Positions 39,443 through 52,264 of a DNA stretch of 56,236 nucleotides are shown here, piece after piece. The translations under genes were made by a program, and so were the position numbers. Each line of letters opens with the position of its first letter. The first letter of the stretch is position 1. Source of the DNA: Thelocarpon superellum (taxonomy: Eukaryota); the NCBI GenBank assembly GCA_026025795.1, contig JAPEUG010000073.1, forward strand, positions 1 through 56,236, in the 5' to 3' direction. The notes beneath the pieces are model-generated. The model worked only from the letters and a program-made list of their open reading frames with translations. It was not told the origin of the DNA and did not search any database.

Positions 39443-41809
39443 CTAGTATGCCACCTGAGAAGTCAAACCATCCAGCTCACGAGTATAGTTGCGATGGCAA
39501 GAGATCTGGTAGGCGTAGGCGTGCAAGAAGTCGCGGGCGCCTGCGGCGAGATTCATTATCTCTCGGAAGCTTTCAGCCTTGCGCAAGCCGCCGCCCGCGG
39601 CCGTGATGACACCGTATGATTCCACGACGCCGTGATCGTGGCCAGTCTCGGCTGCGGAGGTAGGCGTGGCGAATTTCATGCCTGGCACGTCGCATGCGTC
39701 CCGCACCAATGCCACCGCTTCCCCCGTCGCCCCGATCGCCTTGCAGTGCCCGAAGGCTTCGCGGATATAGTGTACCACACGCCCGCTTTTGCGCAGCGTG
39801 TCGATGTGGCTGCCGCCCGGGACAAAGACTGAGTCGAAGAGCGTGGACCGCATGCCTTCGAAGTGGTGGTCTGGCGTCAGGCCCTTAGCGCTGCTGCGGT
39901 CCTCGTCGAGGGCGAATATGGGCCGGCGGTGCGGCGCCAGTACGAATAGGAAGGCTCCCGCGGCTTGGAGTGCTGCCTTGACTCCGTTGAATGCGACCGG
40001 GTCGTATCCATCGGCAACGAGGATAGCGACACGGCGGCTGGCGATTGTGGGGGTTTCGGCGGGGAGCTCAGTTTGCGAGAGATGCTTCGACTTCTTGCCG
40101 TGATTGGCTCGTCCGCTCTTCTGCGGAATTGGGCTACCTGCTTTTTCCGCCACGGCTTGCGCCAGCTCGATATCAATGTCACACAGCCGTTCCACAATCC
40201 GGTTGTACACCATCGGTTCGTCGCAGTGATCAAGCTCGAAGCCCAGAGCAGCAATGATGTGGGCTTTCTCATAAGGAGACATCGAGTTGTAGAAGAGCTG
40301 CGCTTGGCTGATGTGCTCCTGGAACTTCTTGCTTTTCAAGCGCGTCTTCACTCCCACCACCTTCTCCGGGTAGTCGACAAAGCCCCCCTCGGACGACGAC
40401 GCGGGTGGCACGGCCTCGAGACGGTTCGGCCAGTAGTTGATCTTGCCCTTCATGATCTTGTGTCTACCTTGGCCGTCTCGCTGGTGGTTCATCACCGGGC
40501 ATACCGGGCGATTGATCGGAAGCTCCTGCCAGTTGATGCCCAATCGCGATAGCTGCGTGTCAAAGTAGGAGAAGTTTCGGCCTTGAAGCAGCGGGTCGTC
40601 CGAGAAGTCGATGCCCGGGACGATGTGGCTGGTGCAGAATGCCACCTGCTCCGTCTGGGTGAAGTACTCGTCCGGCATCCGGTTCAATTCGAGCTCGCCA
40701 ATATATCGGATCGGCACCAGCTCCTCGGGCCAGATCTTGGTAGCGTCCAAGATATCAAACTCGAAGTCGTCCTGTTGCGACTCGGGAATGGTTTGGATGC
40801 CAAACTTCCACGTCGGAAAGATCCCGTTGCTGATGGCTTCCTCCAGATCTTTTCGGTGGAAGTCCGGATCCTGGCCGCAGATCTTGAGAGCCTCATCCCA
40901 CACGAATGAGTGTACCCCCAGCGTGGGCGTGAAGTGGAACTTGACGAAATGGCTCACGCCAGCCTTGTTGACCAGTCGGTACGTGTTGACGCCGAATCCT
41001 TGCATCATACGGTAGGAACGAGGGATGCCCCGGTCTGACATGGCCCACATGAACATGTGGCTCGCCTCGGAATGGAGATATTGAAAGTCCCAGAAGTTGT
41101 TGTGGGCCGATTGGCCCGTTGGGACCTCGTTGTTGGGCTCTGGCTTGGCCGAATGGACTTGGGTTGTTGTCAGTGGGGTACTCTTAATCCAAGTTGAAGA
41201 GACGCTTACTCAAATCGGGGAATTTCATTGCATCTTGAATGAAGAAGACGGGGATATCGTTCCCAACGATATCTAAGTGAACGTATCAGCAATGGCCTGG
41301 ATCGGTGCGGACCAGCACTCACCCCAATTGCCCTCTGGCGTGTAAAACTTGACAGCAAAGCCGCGGACATCGCGAACGGTGTCCGCAGTCCCTCGACTGC
41401 CAAGCACGGTGGAGAAGCGGAGGAAGAGCGGGGTAGTCCGAAAGGTATCGGTCAAAACTTTGGCACACGTCACGTCTTCGGCACTTTCGAAGAGGCGAAA
41501 GGTGCCGAAGGCTCCCGCGCCACGGGCGTGAACGACGCGTTCGGGGATCCGTTCGTGGTCGAATCGATGGATCTTCTCACGACCATGGACATCGGAGAGC
41601 AGGGCGGGTCCTTGACGATCGGGGGTCGACACTGACAGCCAGTCGTCCGTATTCGCTTGTTTCACCCCGGCATCGGTCGTGATGCGAGCATGCGGGTCGT
41701 CCGAGTTGTGCGTTTCGGGCTGGAGGTTCTTGATCTTGCCATTGGGCTCGGTGGCATCGGCGAGCGTGGCTTGAGCCCTGGCGAAGGTGGTCGAGATCAC
41801 AGACGACAT
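39443..41809 (-). CDS. catA: Large-subunit catalase, CatA/CAT-1 type, with C-terminal DJ-1/GATase-like domain (3 exons)
   Basis: [70 protein letters not shown]; no signal peptide. Confidence 0.95.
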
Positions 41810-41918
41810 ACTGGGACGTGCTTGGGATTTAGACAAGGAGCTGGACTACGGAATGGGCGGTAGAGGTCGGATGGTGAGGACGGCGCCCCTGCGATTAATA
41901 TGACGCCTTAGTAGCACG

Positions 41919-41925
41919 ACGTCAT
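41919..41925 (-). promoter_or_regulatory. ATGACGT CRE/ATF-type site about 110 bp upstream of the catalase ATG
   Basis: Exact ATGACGT on the minus strand; CatA-type catalases are known Atf1/AtfA targets. Confidence 0.4.
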
Positions 41926-43519
41926 GATGTTTTAGTCGGCTGCAGCGTGCATTAATGCGGGGCCAGGGGGCCTTGGGACTAGAAAGTCTGACCAAGCCAT
42001 TTCTCATCTTCTCCATATTTCCGAGGTGGGAATGGTATGTGAAAGTGAAGTGGGCAGAGGTGGGCCCAAGCAAGCGGGGGAGACAATTTTCAATCCCATG
42101 ACAGCCATTGGATCAACCTACCGCGATTGGGTGGTCGACGTTGGACAGCGAGGCGGGGTCCGCGGTAGAGACCTGGGACATTGAAATCTCGGTGGTGATC
42201 TCATCTGATGTCATTGCTCGCGCGGTCCCTTGCGGAGAGCTCAAGCTACTGCCAGTACGCCGTGCGTACGGGCATTACGGCGGGACGGTACGCGACGAGG
42301 CGCTGAAAACTTTCCGCCGCTGTACTCGTCCGCCTGGTGGTGCGCGGGCTCATTCTGCGCGCCATGCTCGTCCTGGTACCCGTAGTTGTACTCGCCTTAT
42401 TACGACCACTCCATTCCGCACCATACATCGTGGATTTTCTATCAGCAGCACCCCTCAAAGTAGGCCTTCAAACCTCTACCACACGTTCCAAATAGACCTC
42501 GCCAGTATGTCTCATACATGTCTCACCCTGTCCAAGTGATCAATACTACTCTGTGTAAGAGTTTCAGAGGTCGGCACAAGTGCCTAAGTTATGAAAGTGC
42601 CCTTCTCCTTTACGATCGATGCCAATGCGATGGGCATGACGAAACGTCACACGATCTGTTCTTGGGTATCCGTCCTTTGACAGAGAAGTTGAATCATCAA
42701 AATACCTTCCAAGAAAATCGGCCCTGGCAATGGCAATGGCAGCGGCCAGGATACGCATAATTTATCTCCACGCTGGACTACTTTATACGCTCAAGCTATA
42801 GCCATCGAAACATATCGCCATGTCAGAAGCGCCTGATGACTTATCGGTCCTGCTTTTATTCCTATCCAGGTCCTTTTGTCCCCTGCCAAGGGGTGTTGAA
42901 GCTGATGCGACTTGGACTTCTCCATTTCCAGGTGGGGACAACCCGTTGAGAGAAAGTCCTCCCTTTTCGCCCTTTACGATCTCTTTTCCATTTCCTGCAC
43001 TCCACTTATTCGCAACCTACCTCGCATCTGAAAGTCGCTCCGTCTCACCAGCCCTCTCCAAAAGTTCTTCTCCGTCACATCCATCTCGTCCAGTCCAGCT
43101 ATCAATCGCAGCCATCCAGCCTCCGTTTAGTCTCGGGTCAATCTACTCATTTTGTTCGCGGAAGCTCTGCTACTAACAGCCCCTATCCTCGCAAGTCCTT
43201 TCATGTGCTCTCGAGCGTGGTGTAACGCCCTGCTTTCTCTTTCTCGTGAGGCCGGACGAGCATACCTTTTACGATGTTCACTTTCAAGTCCTGGTCGGCC
43301 ATATGACAACCAGGTCAAATGGAAAGCTGAGATTATGGTATTCAAGCAATCGTCTTTGAATTAAGCTAGCTAATGATGGCAGAAATGCTATTTCTTGCTT
43401 GCGGCAACTTGACTGTGCAGTTTGGACACCAGCGACATTCCACACATTCCCTCGCAAACTTCATGACAACCTGATACCTCCATGCCCAATGATGAGATTC
43501 CATGATCTTAGCCGCTCAC

Positions 43520-44098
43520 TCATGAGATGGTGATCTTCTTCGACTGGGGTGCGGTGGACTTGGGCACCACGATGCTGAGGATGCCATTCTTCATGCTGGC
43601 CTTGACCGCATCTTGATCAACACGCGAGGGGAAGCTGAAGGAGCGGTGGAATTCACCGACAGACCGTTCCGTGACCCAGTACTTGGGCTTGTCCGCCGTA
43701 GTCTCCGGTTTCTTGACCTGCTTGTCCGATGCATTCGAGGTAGAAACGGCCGTAGACTCTTCGTCTTCTACCGTAGCTTTGTGGGAGTCGGCGCTTTGCT
43801 CGGAGACATCTGTGACGCTGCCGGCGGTCGGGTTACCAAAGTGTGACTCGCGCTCGGTGCGGCCCTTAATGACCAAGGTGTGGGTGTCGGTGAACTCGAT
43901 GGACACGTCGTTCTGACTGATGCCCGGCAACTCGCCGTGCAATTCGTAGGCATCTTTGATCTCGCGCACGTCGAATTTGGGTTGAAAGGCGCGGATGGAT
44001 TTGGAAGCCCCGCCGCGATGGACATCATAGTCGTCCAGCAGGCGGAAAAGAGGGGCGAAATCGCCCGGGGGAGATGCGTGTCGTGGGAAGAGAGACAT
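43520..44098 (-). CDS. hsp30: Small heat-shock protein (Hsp20/HSP30 family); in-frame upstream ATG at 44188
   Basis: FAPLFRLLDDYD, FQPKFDVRE..YELHGELPGI, YWVTERSVGEFHRSFSFP, ASMKNGILSIVVPK, terminal IxI. Confidence 0.93.
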   Translation of the reverse strand: MSLFPRHASPPGDFAPLFRLLDDYDVHRGGASKSIRAFQPKFDVREIKDAYELHGELPGISQNDVSIEFTDTHTLVIKGRTERESHFGNPTAGSVTDVSEQSADSHKATVEDEESTAVSTSNASDKQVKKPETTADKPKYWVTERSVGEFHRSFSFPSRVDQDAVKASMKNGILSIVVPKSTAPQSKKITIS

Positions 44099-44398
44099 GT
44101 TTCTGGACTTGTGAAGAAGCGGATTTGCTCGTCGGTTGAACTTGGTAGCTCTGGACGGGAGTCGGGTGAGGGCTCGATATGATTGCATGTAAGATTGGAA
44201 GATTTGAGCGGCTCGAACGGTTGACGGAACCTGGAATCAAGGCGGAAATATATAGACGGAGACCCCTGCGGCGCCGGAACATGCTGGAATGGTCATGGTT
44301 GTGGATCGAACCATCAGGTCATGATTGACGTCCAACGCGGGGTCATCGTGGCGGGACTCGAAGGCTCCACGACATGCCTTTACATTGTGGCGAGGCCC

Positions 44399-44468
44399 AG
44401 AAGCTTCGACTAATTTCTAACGTGGACTCTTCGCTCCCCGTATAAGCTCGAAGTTTCACGGTCCTTCC
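44399..44468. promoter_or_regulatory. Two heat-shock elements upstream of the small HSP
   Basis: aGAAg-cTTCg-N5-tTTCt (44399-44418) and cGAAg-tTTCa-N5-cTTCc (44449-44468), both in 5-bp register; TATA box at 44248-44254. Confidence 0.65.
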
Positions 44469-44509
44469 AGCATTGATGGATGCTGTGGTTTCCCGGAGAC
44501 CCGTTTCGT

Positions 44510-44851
44510 CTACGGCACCACATTGGTGATGCCTGGTGACGAATAGAGCTCAAGTTGTCGCTGTCCCTTGCGTAGGAGGTATTCGATGGCCGCAAAGTCC
44601 TTCTTATCCAGCTCAATGTGCTTCCGGAACTCCGTCCTAAGCAGGGTGATGTCAGCTGGGGGAGTGGGGGAATTCCGCAGCTGTCCACACCGTGCATAGT
44701 CTTCAAAATTTCCCCTCACATCCTGCATGCTACGCGATTAGCCTAGCCCGCATCGCCCAAAGGCAGCCCATACCTCTGGCTTTCGGCGGGCCTGGCGTAG
44801 ACACTGCCGATACAAGGTCAAGACGTCCCGCTGTAAACCGGACAATCGCAT
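44510..44851 (-). CDS. SDH6: LYR-motif succinate dehydrogenase assembly factor 1 (3 exons)
   Basis: Spliced product MRLSGLQRDVLTLYRQCLRQARRKPE|DVRGNFEDYAR|TEFRKHIELDKKDFAAIEYLLRKGQRQLELYSSPGITNVVP*. Confidence 0.92.
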
Positions 44852-45520
44852 TCCGTGCTGTCAGAAACGGCATGACCTGAGATCTTGGCGCTCCGGTGAA
44901 CTGGTGGTTGCGTTGGTTGGAGGAGGGAGCTCGAAAACGAGTGGGAGACATCGACCCGCGAGCTCATAGCGGCTACCGTACCAACTTTCAGACGATGACC
45001 AGGCAGGAAGACAACCACAGCGGACGTCCACTATCACAGAGCCCTTTCTTGCACAAGTGCAAAATTCGATGAACTATAGACCGTTGTTACAGGCTACCTG
45101 ATGCATAGGTTCGATCATCATGCCTAAAGACTCACGTCGCAGTGACGAGCAATTATGATCAGCACACTACAGAGCACTCAGGCAAAATGACAGAAAGCAA
45201 AACATACAACAGCGGGGATTCGCTGGTCGTCACCGACTCAACTACTAATCCGCCGATCTGTGGCTTATGTATGGCAGAGCGGACGGGATACCCAGTTCTC
45301 CACAATCTATGGTCGTACGTACCAGAATTGCATGTCAAGCAATCTATAGTGTGGACACTCCCAATTTCCAGGCTTGGTATACGGCTTTCCCACGGGCTGC
45401 TTCCTTACGGTACAGTCGAAGCACCCATATCTGTAAGCATGTGTTTCATATGCATCGTATTTACCACGGCGAGAAGATCTACGAAAGCTCGGGGATGCAG
45501 AGAGGCGCCAAGAAGCACGA

Positions 45521-46438
45521 CTAGTTGACCTGGGTACCGTAGCCTCGAATGGTCTCGGCGAACGCCCAGCTCTGGCCCTCCAATTGTTCATCCTGCTTGA
45601 GGTCGACACCGTCTTTGGTGACGACAGCGATGGAGTATCGGTCCATGCTGCGGGCGTCGCGATAGAAGAGCACCTTCATACATTCCCGCACCGCGGCTAA
45701 GGCCGTCTCCCGATCGGTCGTCGCCACATCCTTCTCGTCCGACACTACTCGTCGCAAGATCGGCTGGGCCAAGTGGGCACCGAAGCCCGTCGCCAAGGTG
45801 GGGGCGGAGAATGTCGTGCCAAGTAGATCGGCGCTCGACAAGAAAGGCTTGCCCTCCCCGTCCAAGCCAGCGACCAGGAGCTGGTTCCACAGCGGGTTGA
45901 AGCTGGATCGGCGCTTGTACAGCACCTTGCTTAGATAGGTATGTAGATTCTGCGCGTTGAGGTGCGCGTCAGAGGAGCCATCTAAGGTGCTGGACGAGTA
46001 CGCTTCTTGAATGTCGAGGCTGTTGAGGAGGCGGGAGATGTATTGCATGTCGGAAACATCGCCTCCGATGCCGACGATGGAGGTTTCGGCGAAGGGCAGC
46101 AAGCGTTTGACGTCGGTGAAGCGAGCAAGAGATCCATAGGAGGCTGAAGTCCACGTAGCGCGTCAGAAAGTGTCGGATGAAACAGTCGCGCCAAGAAAGA
46201 CAAACCAAGGTTGTCGGCAGCAATAACCACACCGTCTTTGAACTTGACGGCGATGACTGAGGTACCAGTGACTATGGGCGACTGTGTATGCTGATTAGGG
46301 TGCGACTGCTGAAGGTAGGAGGCGTTGTATGTGCCGTAGACATCGTCTCTTGGCTGCGAAGCGTCAGCGTAACAGGTCGGCGGGACGAGAGCGCAACCGG
46401 GGACTGACGCGGCCCCACGCCTGCGGTAGATGATTCAT
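45521..46438 (-). CDS. PRE4: 20S proteasome subunit beta-7 (3 exons)
   Basis: TQSPIVTGTSVIAVKFKDGVVIAADNL|ASYGSLARF, LATGFGAHLAQP, VLFYRDARS, WAFAETIRGYGTQ. Confidence 0.95.
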
Positions 46439-46751
46439 GGTGATGAGATGGACGGATGGGATGGACGGCTGCGAGCAAATGCACGGAGGTCAAGGTCGGT
46501 CGTGGGTATTGAAGAACTTGAGGGCGCAGGTGCTTACGTCGACCTGTCAACCTAGCGGTCGATCCTGCGATTGATACAGCTCAGGCCAAGTCGAATGGGT
46601 GACCAGCCGGTTCGGCTTGCGCAAGCGACGCTAGGTCAACTGCCGCGTCAAGCGCGGAGACCTCCCCCCACTACGCCCGAGTAATGTATGCCTTCACACC
46701 TCCATACGGGCGGGCTGACATTTACGTTCCCAGGATTTGACTTGATGTGAC

Positions 46752-47827
46752 TCATCTGGAGCGTGATCGTCGTCGCCGTTCTCTCGACGGGGATCGACTT
46801 CGATCACGGCGCGGTCGAGGATAGTCGAGCTTTGGATCTTTCCGGTCGGCTTCTCTCCTTCCACGACCGTCGCCAGCAGCCGGCGATCGGTATTTCTCCC
46901 GGTCCAGTCCAGCCATCACCCGTTCCGCGGCACTTTTGCCCAAACTACGACCTCCACTGGGAGTCACATTGGCCGGACCTCGACCCGAATCATCCGGTGC
47001 AGCGGCAGGAACAAACTCGAGCGCTTGCCGCTGTGCCTTTTCCTCCTCCAGTTGCTTCTGCAGATCCTTTTGGCTCTTGGCTAACGCGTCCTTGTAGGCC
47101 CATGCGGGGAAGGCATCGGGGTCCCACACCGACGTCGGTAGCGAACTCGCGTACTGCGCCTTATCGTCCACGCCGGCAAAACCCATCAATTTCGCCAAGA
47201 GACTTGGGTTCTTCAGCGCGGAAGACTGGGCGAGCTTGTCGTTAAAGTGGATGCCCTTCTTCTTGAGCTCGAGGAAATTGGTAAATTTGGCCGTCGTACT
47301 GGCGGGAGGCGAGCCTGGAGGGGAGGGTGGAATGTCCAGGTTTGGGACTGGTGGCAGGGTGAGGTCTCGAATTAAGGATCGTGTGGACGAGTACGGCGAT
47401 TGAGGTCCGGAAGTGAAGCCATCGTCGGGAGTTGGTGAGGGTGCGGGCGGTATTTGTGGGCCGACCACAGGCCCTGCATCCACTCCGTTGTCGACCGTGA
47501 CCGGTTGCACGAGTGAAGGCCCATCGATCTTGTCGGGGTGGCGAGGTCGGCTCGCTCCCACACCATGCGCCAATCTACCTGTTCATTGTATTAGGGGATG
47601 AGTTCGATGCATCAGAGGGAACACTTCACCATCACGCCCATTCGGTCCGGACTCGGCCTGCCGGGTCGGTAGTGGAGCGGCCTGCTGTCTGGGATGTCAG
47701 CGGGCGGTCCATCTATCGAATGACTCTAGAAACTTGACGACCAACACACCTCCGTCAGCTCTCCGTGCCCTGCCTTTTCTGAAGCCCCCTCATCGCCACT
47801 GCTGTTATAGTCGGCCAGGTTGAGCAT
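46752..47827 (-). CDS. HCNGP-like / SAP30BP family protein (about 3 exons)
   Basis: MLNLADYNSSGDE start; IPPSPPG, KFTNFLELKKKGIHFNDKL..LKNPSLLAKLMGF; RS-rich tail. The 5' exon boundaries are approximate. Confidence 0.85.
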
Positions 47828-48098
47828 CTCAGCATCTACGCGACGTGCTGCTCAGTGTTGTGGAGAGTTGCAGTCTGTAGATGGCCGAGTAATAGTGGCT
47901 CGTCTAGCTCATCACGCCGCTTCATCAGACTACTTGCATCGCTCAAGCGCGCAGGCAACCCTGGCCGCGTGTAAGCTTCGCCGTCTCGTCATCCGAATCG
48001 TTGCACCTCCAGATGCAAAGAAGTGCACCACCGGCGCGTGAGATCATTCCGATCTCGCCCACCTTCTCCAACCTCGCACTCGGTGTTCACCGTTGAAA

Positions 48099-48966
48099 AT
48101 GGCGGCATTCCTGGATCACGCTACCCTGGTCGACAGCAGCCCACGCCACACCAACCCCTCCGGCGTCCCGACCGCCGCCGACGGCAATCGAGAACACTCC
48201 TTCTATCCGTACGTCAACGCTTTCCCCCGCGAGCCTCTTCACGCATCATCTCCCCGCAACTGATCATGTCCGGTACAGCTACACCGACAATGGCGGGTCA
48301 ACGCTGGGCATCTCGGGATCGGACTTTACCATCCTAGCAGGCGACACGCGATCAACGTCAGGTTACAGCATCAACACGCGCTACGCCCCGAAAGTCTTCA
48401 AGATTGGCGGAGACGACGCCACGGGCGCCGGCGCACACCTCATCCTCTCGGTCGTCGGATTCGCCGCGGACGGGCAGGCGCTCAAAGAGCGACTCGACAC
48501 CATCGTCAAGATGTACCGCTACCAGCACGGCAAGCCCATGTCGGTGAAAGCATGCGCCCAGCGTCTCTCCACCATCCTCTACGGCAAGCGCTTCTTCCCG
48601 TACTACGTCCACGCCATTCTCGGCGGGCTAGACGAAGACGGCAAGGGGGCATTATACAGCTACGACCCGGTGGGCAGCTACGAGCGGGAGCAGTGCCGAG
48701 CGGCGGGTGCGGCCGCCAGTCTGATCATGCCGTTCCTCGACAACCAGGTCAACTTCAAGAACCAGTACATCCCGGGTAGTGGGGTGGGTCACGCGCTGGA
48801 ACAGCGGCTGCCCGAGCCGCTGCCCCGCGCCGAGGTGGAGCAGCTGGTCCGCGACGCCTTCACGAGCGCCGTCGAGCGCCATATCGAGGTCGGCGATGGC
48901 TTGCAGATGCTGATCGCGACGAAGGATGGCATCGAGGAGATTTACACCCCGCTGAAGAAGGACTGA
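48099..48966 (+). CDS. PRE7: 20S proteasome subunit beta-6 (2 exons)
   Basis: EHSFYP|YTDNGGSTLGI, LYGKRFFPYYV, YSYDPVGSYERE, ERHIEVGDGL, terminal LKKD. Confidence 0.95.
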
Positions 48967-49375
48967 GGGCGTAGAGGGATGGAGAGAGATGAAGGAAGAG
49001 CTACGGCTCGAACAGTGTCTTCTATGGTCCACGAAGAGGAAAGGAAGATCTACCATGCCATACCCGTCCGTTCCATTTCTCCGGGGCGTCATACAGTGAC
49101 GTACACGCGTGCATCTGTACAGGAGTAGAATAGGGCCGGACCGTGTACGTCCTGTCCCTCGAGAACCCGTTTCCCTGCCTGCCTTGCCTTTCCTGGTCCC
49201 CAACCATAGCCCAGACCCAACCCCGACCCAAATCTAGCATGAACATAAACCGGCGCAAGCCATGCCGGTGGATGTAGCTGGAGCGAAGAGCGTCATTGAC
49301 GACCACCGGAGACTGAGCACCCCCAGAAACAGCCTCCGCAGAAGCAGGATAACAATTCGCCTGGTGAAACATTCC

Positions 49376-51644
49376 CTACGCAATATTTCCCGCCATGCCC
49401 ATAAATAAGGCCTGCACGGCGAGTGAGAGCGACCACAGCCCCACTTTCTTGAAGCGGCGCATGCGCGCCTGGTCGTCGAGAACGTTTCGGGCAAAGGCCT
49501 CGTAGGTCTATACGCGGCCGTGGGTTAGGTGGACGGACTGGTAGATGCGTGGGTCCGTCTTTGCTTACCTCGGCCGAGAGATCGTCCATCAGACCGCTGT
49601 CGAAGATGGTCCAGCTGCCGTCAAAGTCGTTGGCACGCTTGACGAGCCGGCAGTTGATGGGAATGAAGGTCTTGCGAGAGTTGATGTATGCTACAATGGG
49701 TCGAATGAGGGCATTGTTCACGTAGGAGAGGTCACGCGTGAAGAGGGGCACCGCGGCTCGGACGTCGTTCAAGTGCACGCGCAGATCCATGACCAAGAAA
49801 CGCTGGTCATCCTCCAACTTGGGCTCGAGGTCTGGAGAGCCCTGTGAGGGCGACACGGTCTTGGCGGCGGCGGCGGCGTCGTCGTCATCATTGGAGCTGA
49901 CGTGCAGCTCAACGTAGCGGTTCGATGTTACCGTAGCCTCCATGCGCTCGTACATGTCCGACATGACCTTGGCAATGCTCTCGTCGTTGTCGGCCGGGAA
50001 CATGATGTCGGCAACGATGTCGACGTCGCCTTCGTGTATCCACGAGAAAGGACCGCCCACGCCGCGGTTAAGATGATCAATCTTCAGGCCGTCAATGCGT
50101 AGGCGACTATGCTTCTTCCACGGGTTGACCTCGCCCTCGTGTTGGATCTGGGTGCCGGTGTGGCTGTGCGTCTGGCGGGGATGAATGGTGAAGAGGGAGT
50201 CGTCGAAGCAGCCCGACATGGTGTTGGCGGAGAGGACGTCATAGAAGAGCCACTGCTTGCGGAGCTGGGGTAGGTCGCAGGCAAAGATGCTGACGGAAAA
50301 GGGACGGAAGCCTCTAGGCTGGTGGACAGTGACGAGCAGGTCCTCCATCTTGAAAGAATCGATCTCGAAGTCACCGGGGCTATGCTCGTGCTTGTACGTG
50401 CGGGGATCGACCGGATCGCCCGAGTAGTGAACGGCGGTGCGGTCGACGACGCCGCGCAAGCCCTTGACCTCGACGTCGCGGAGCAATCCCTTGCCATTGA
50501 ACCACTTGGCAAAGGAGAGGGAGACGTTGACGGTGTCAACGGTCAGGTCGAATTGAGTGTAGTTGGTATCCTCCTCCTCGTCGCTTTCGACCGTCTCCGC
50601 CTCCTCGGTCTCGCCGGCTCGAGCGGCGGCCGCAGCGGCGGCGGCGGTCATGGACGAGCCTTTGCTCACCTTGGCAGAGCCCTGCCCCGGACGTCTGGAG
50701 ACGAAGACGTTCTTGAAGGTAATCACTCCATCACCCCACTTGGGAACGATGGCGGACTCGAAGACCACCCTCAGGCCCGACGACTTGGTCAGGTAGTTGC
50801 CCACCCATCGGGCCAGGGTCTCCTGGGCAAAGACGGTGTTGACGGTCAGGATGGCGAGGGAGAAGAAGGTGGTAGTGCCAAGGATGATCCAGATGACGTG
50901 GCCGAGGAGGAACCAGGAGAAAAAGGCACTGAGATCGTCGGTGTTGAATGGTCGTCCGCTGCGGATGGAGAACCACTTGAAGCGTACCGTGAGCCTCGAC
51001 CAGAAGCCGGTGGCCGCGGCAAGCAGCTCCTCGCGGGTCGGCCGATGGAGGTGGGGCATCTGGGGGATCTGAGGCATATGCGGCAGCCGCTCGAGCAGGT
51101 GCTTGTTGACGCTCGACTGAGCCGCGGCCGCGGACGCAGCCAGCTTCCCGTCCTCTTGCGATGTAGACGCCTCGTTCCGCGACTTGCCTGCTCTAACGCT
51201 CTCGTGCTCTTCTCGCTGGTTCCGGGCGGCGGAGCTCTCGTTCCGCCTACCTCGACTGATCCGTCTGGGCAGTCTGGTATGCAGTCGCCTTGTCGCAGTG
51301 TTCGACCTGATCGAGAGCGAATTTGGTTCGCTGAGCCATGAGATGTGGGATAGTAGACTGGGTCGAACATCTCTTAGGCTCCGGATGATGACACCGTGCG
51401 CCGGTGCCAACGTTGGAGCCCATCTGCGGCGCCCCCCGATGGCTGCTGTTCGTAGGATCGGTGGTGATCGCGACGCGCTTGCCACGGAGAAGACACGCGT
51501 CGACCAGACGCCAGGACTCAGCCAGCTCTTCGCACTGACGGCTGGTAGTGAGCACTTGTGGCGGACAGTCGAGATATCGCGTTTTGTGAGCTTGAAGAGG
51601 CCCCCGGTCGGGGCGTGAAGCCTCCAGGCTACATTGCCACTCAT
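49376..51644 (-). CDS. MDM31: Mitochondrial distribution and morphology protein Mdm31/32 (2 exons)
   Basis: FWSRLTVRFKWFSIRSGRPFNTDD, VVFESAIVPKW, NYTQFDLTVD, LPQLRKQWLFYD, YVNNALIRPIVAYIN; 3' intron gives ...MGMAGNIA*. Confidence 0.93.
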
Positions 51645-52264
51645 TATCGGTGGAGCTGGAACATGCTGAGGAAGACGATTTGGTCAGGCCCGGATACGGC
51701 GAGATGTAGAGAGTGGGTCTGGTAGGAGGCCTGGTGACCGGGCCCGTTACATCAAACAGACGATGGCATGGACTCCAATGAAGACGATTCCGGTCATTCC
51801 GACACCTGTCGCTGCATTGTCGCTAGTCGTGAAATTGGTGCGAGAAGGATGGATGACGATGACGGGCGACTTAGCGGACTCGCCGCTTTACTCGCACGGT
51901 CGACCTTTGGCTGGCTGGCCTCGCAAAGGCTCGACCTTGGGGACAGGCCGGCCAGCCTGGGGTGAAGCAGGCTAGCCTATGGATGTTCCAAGCTCTGGCA
52001 CCGAGATATCTCATCAATTCTAAGACGCGTTTTGGAATGATCCTCGGAGGGTTGACGTGACCGCCCTGTCGCATCCAATTGCCCGACGCCCATTGATACT
52101 CTCGTCCTGCTAAGCAAACACCTCGGTTACGCGTGCGATGATCCCCGCCGCACGGACATGGCAGACTGTTCGCTTCGGCGCTGCGGTGCCCTAAATGAAT
52201 TCTCGCAGCCCTAGCGTTACCCCCATCATTTGTCGTGTTTGATGCGCCGTGCTCCGAGACCACG

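Noticed and set aside
43327..43370. GCTGAGATTAT resembling a fungal TPP riboswitch
   Set aside because: The downstream conserved aptamer elements are missing and there is no thiamine gene nearby.
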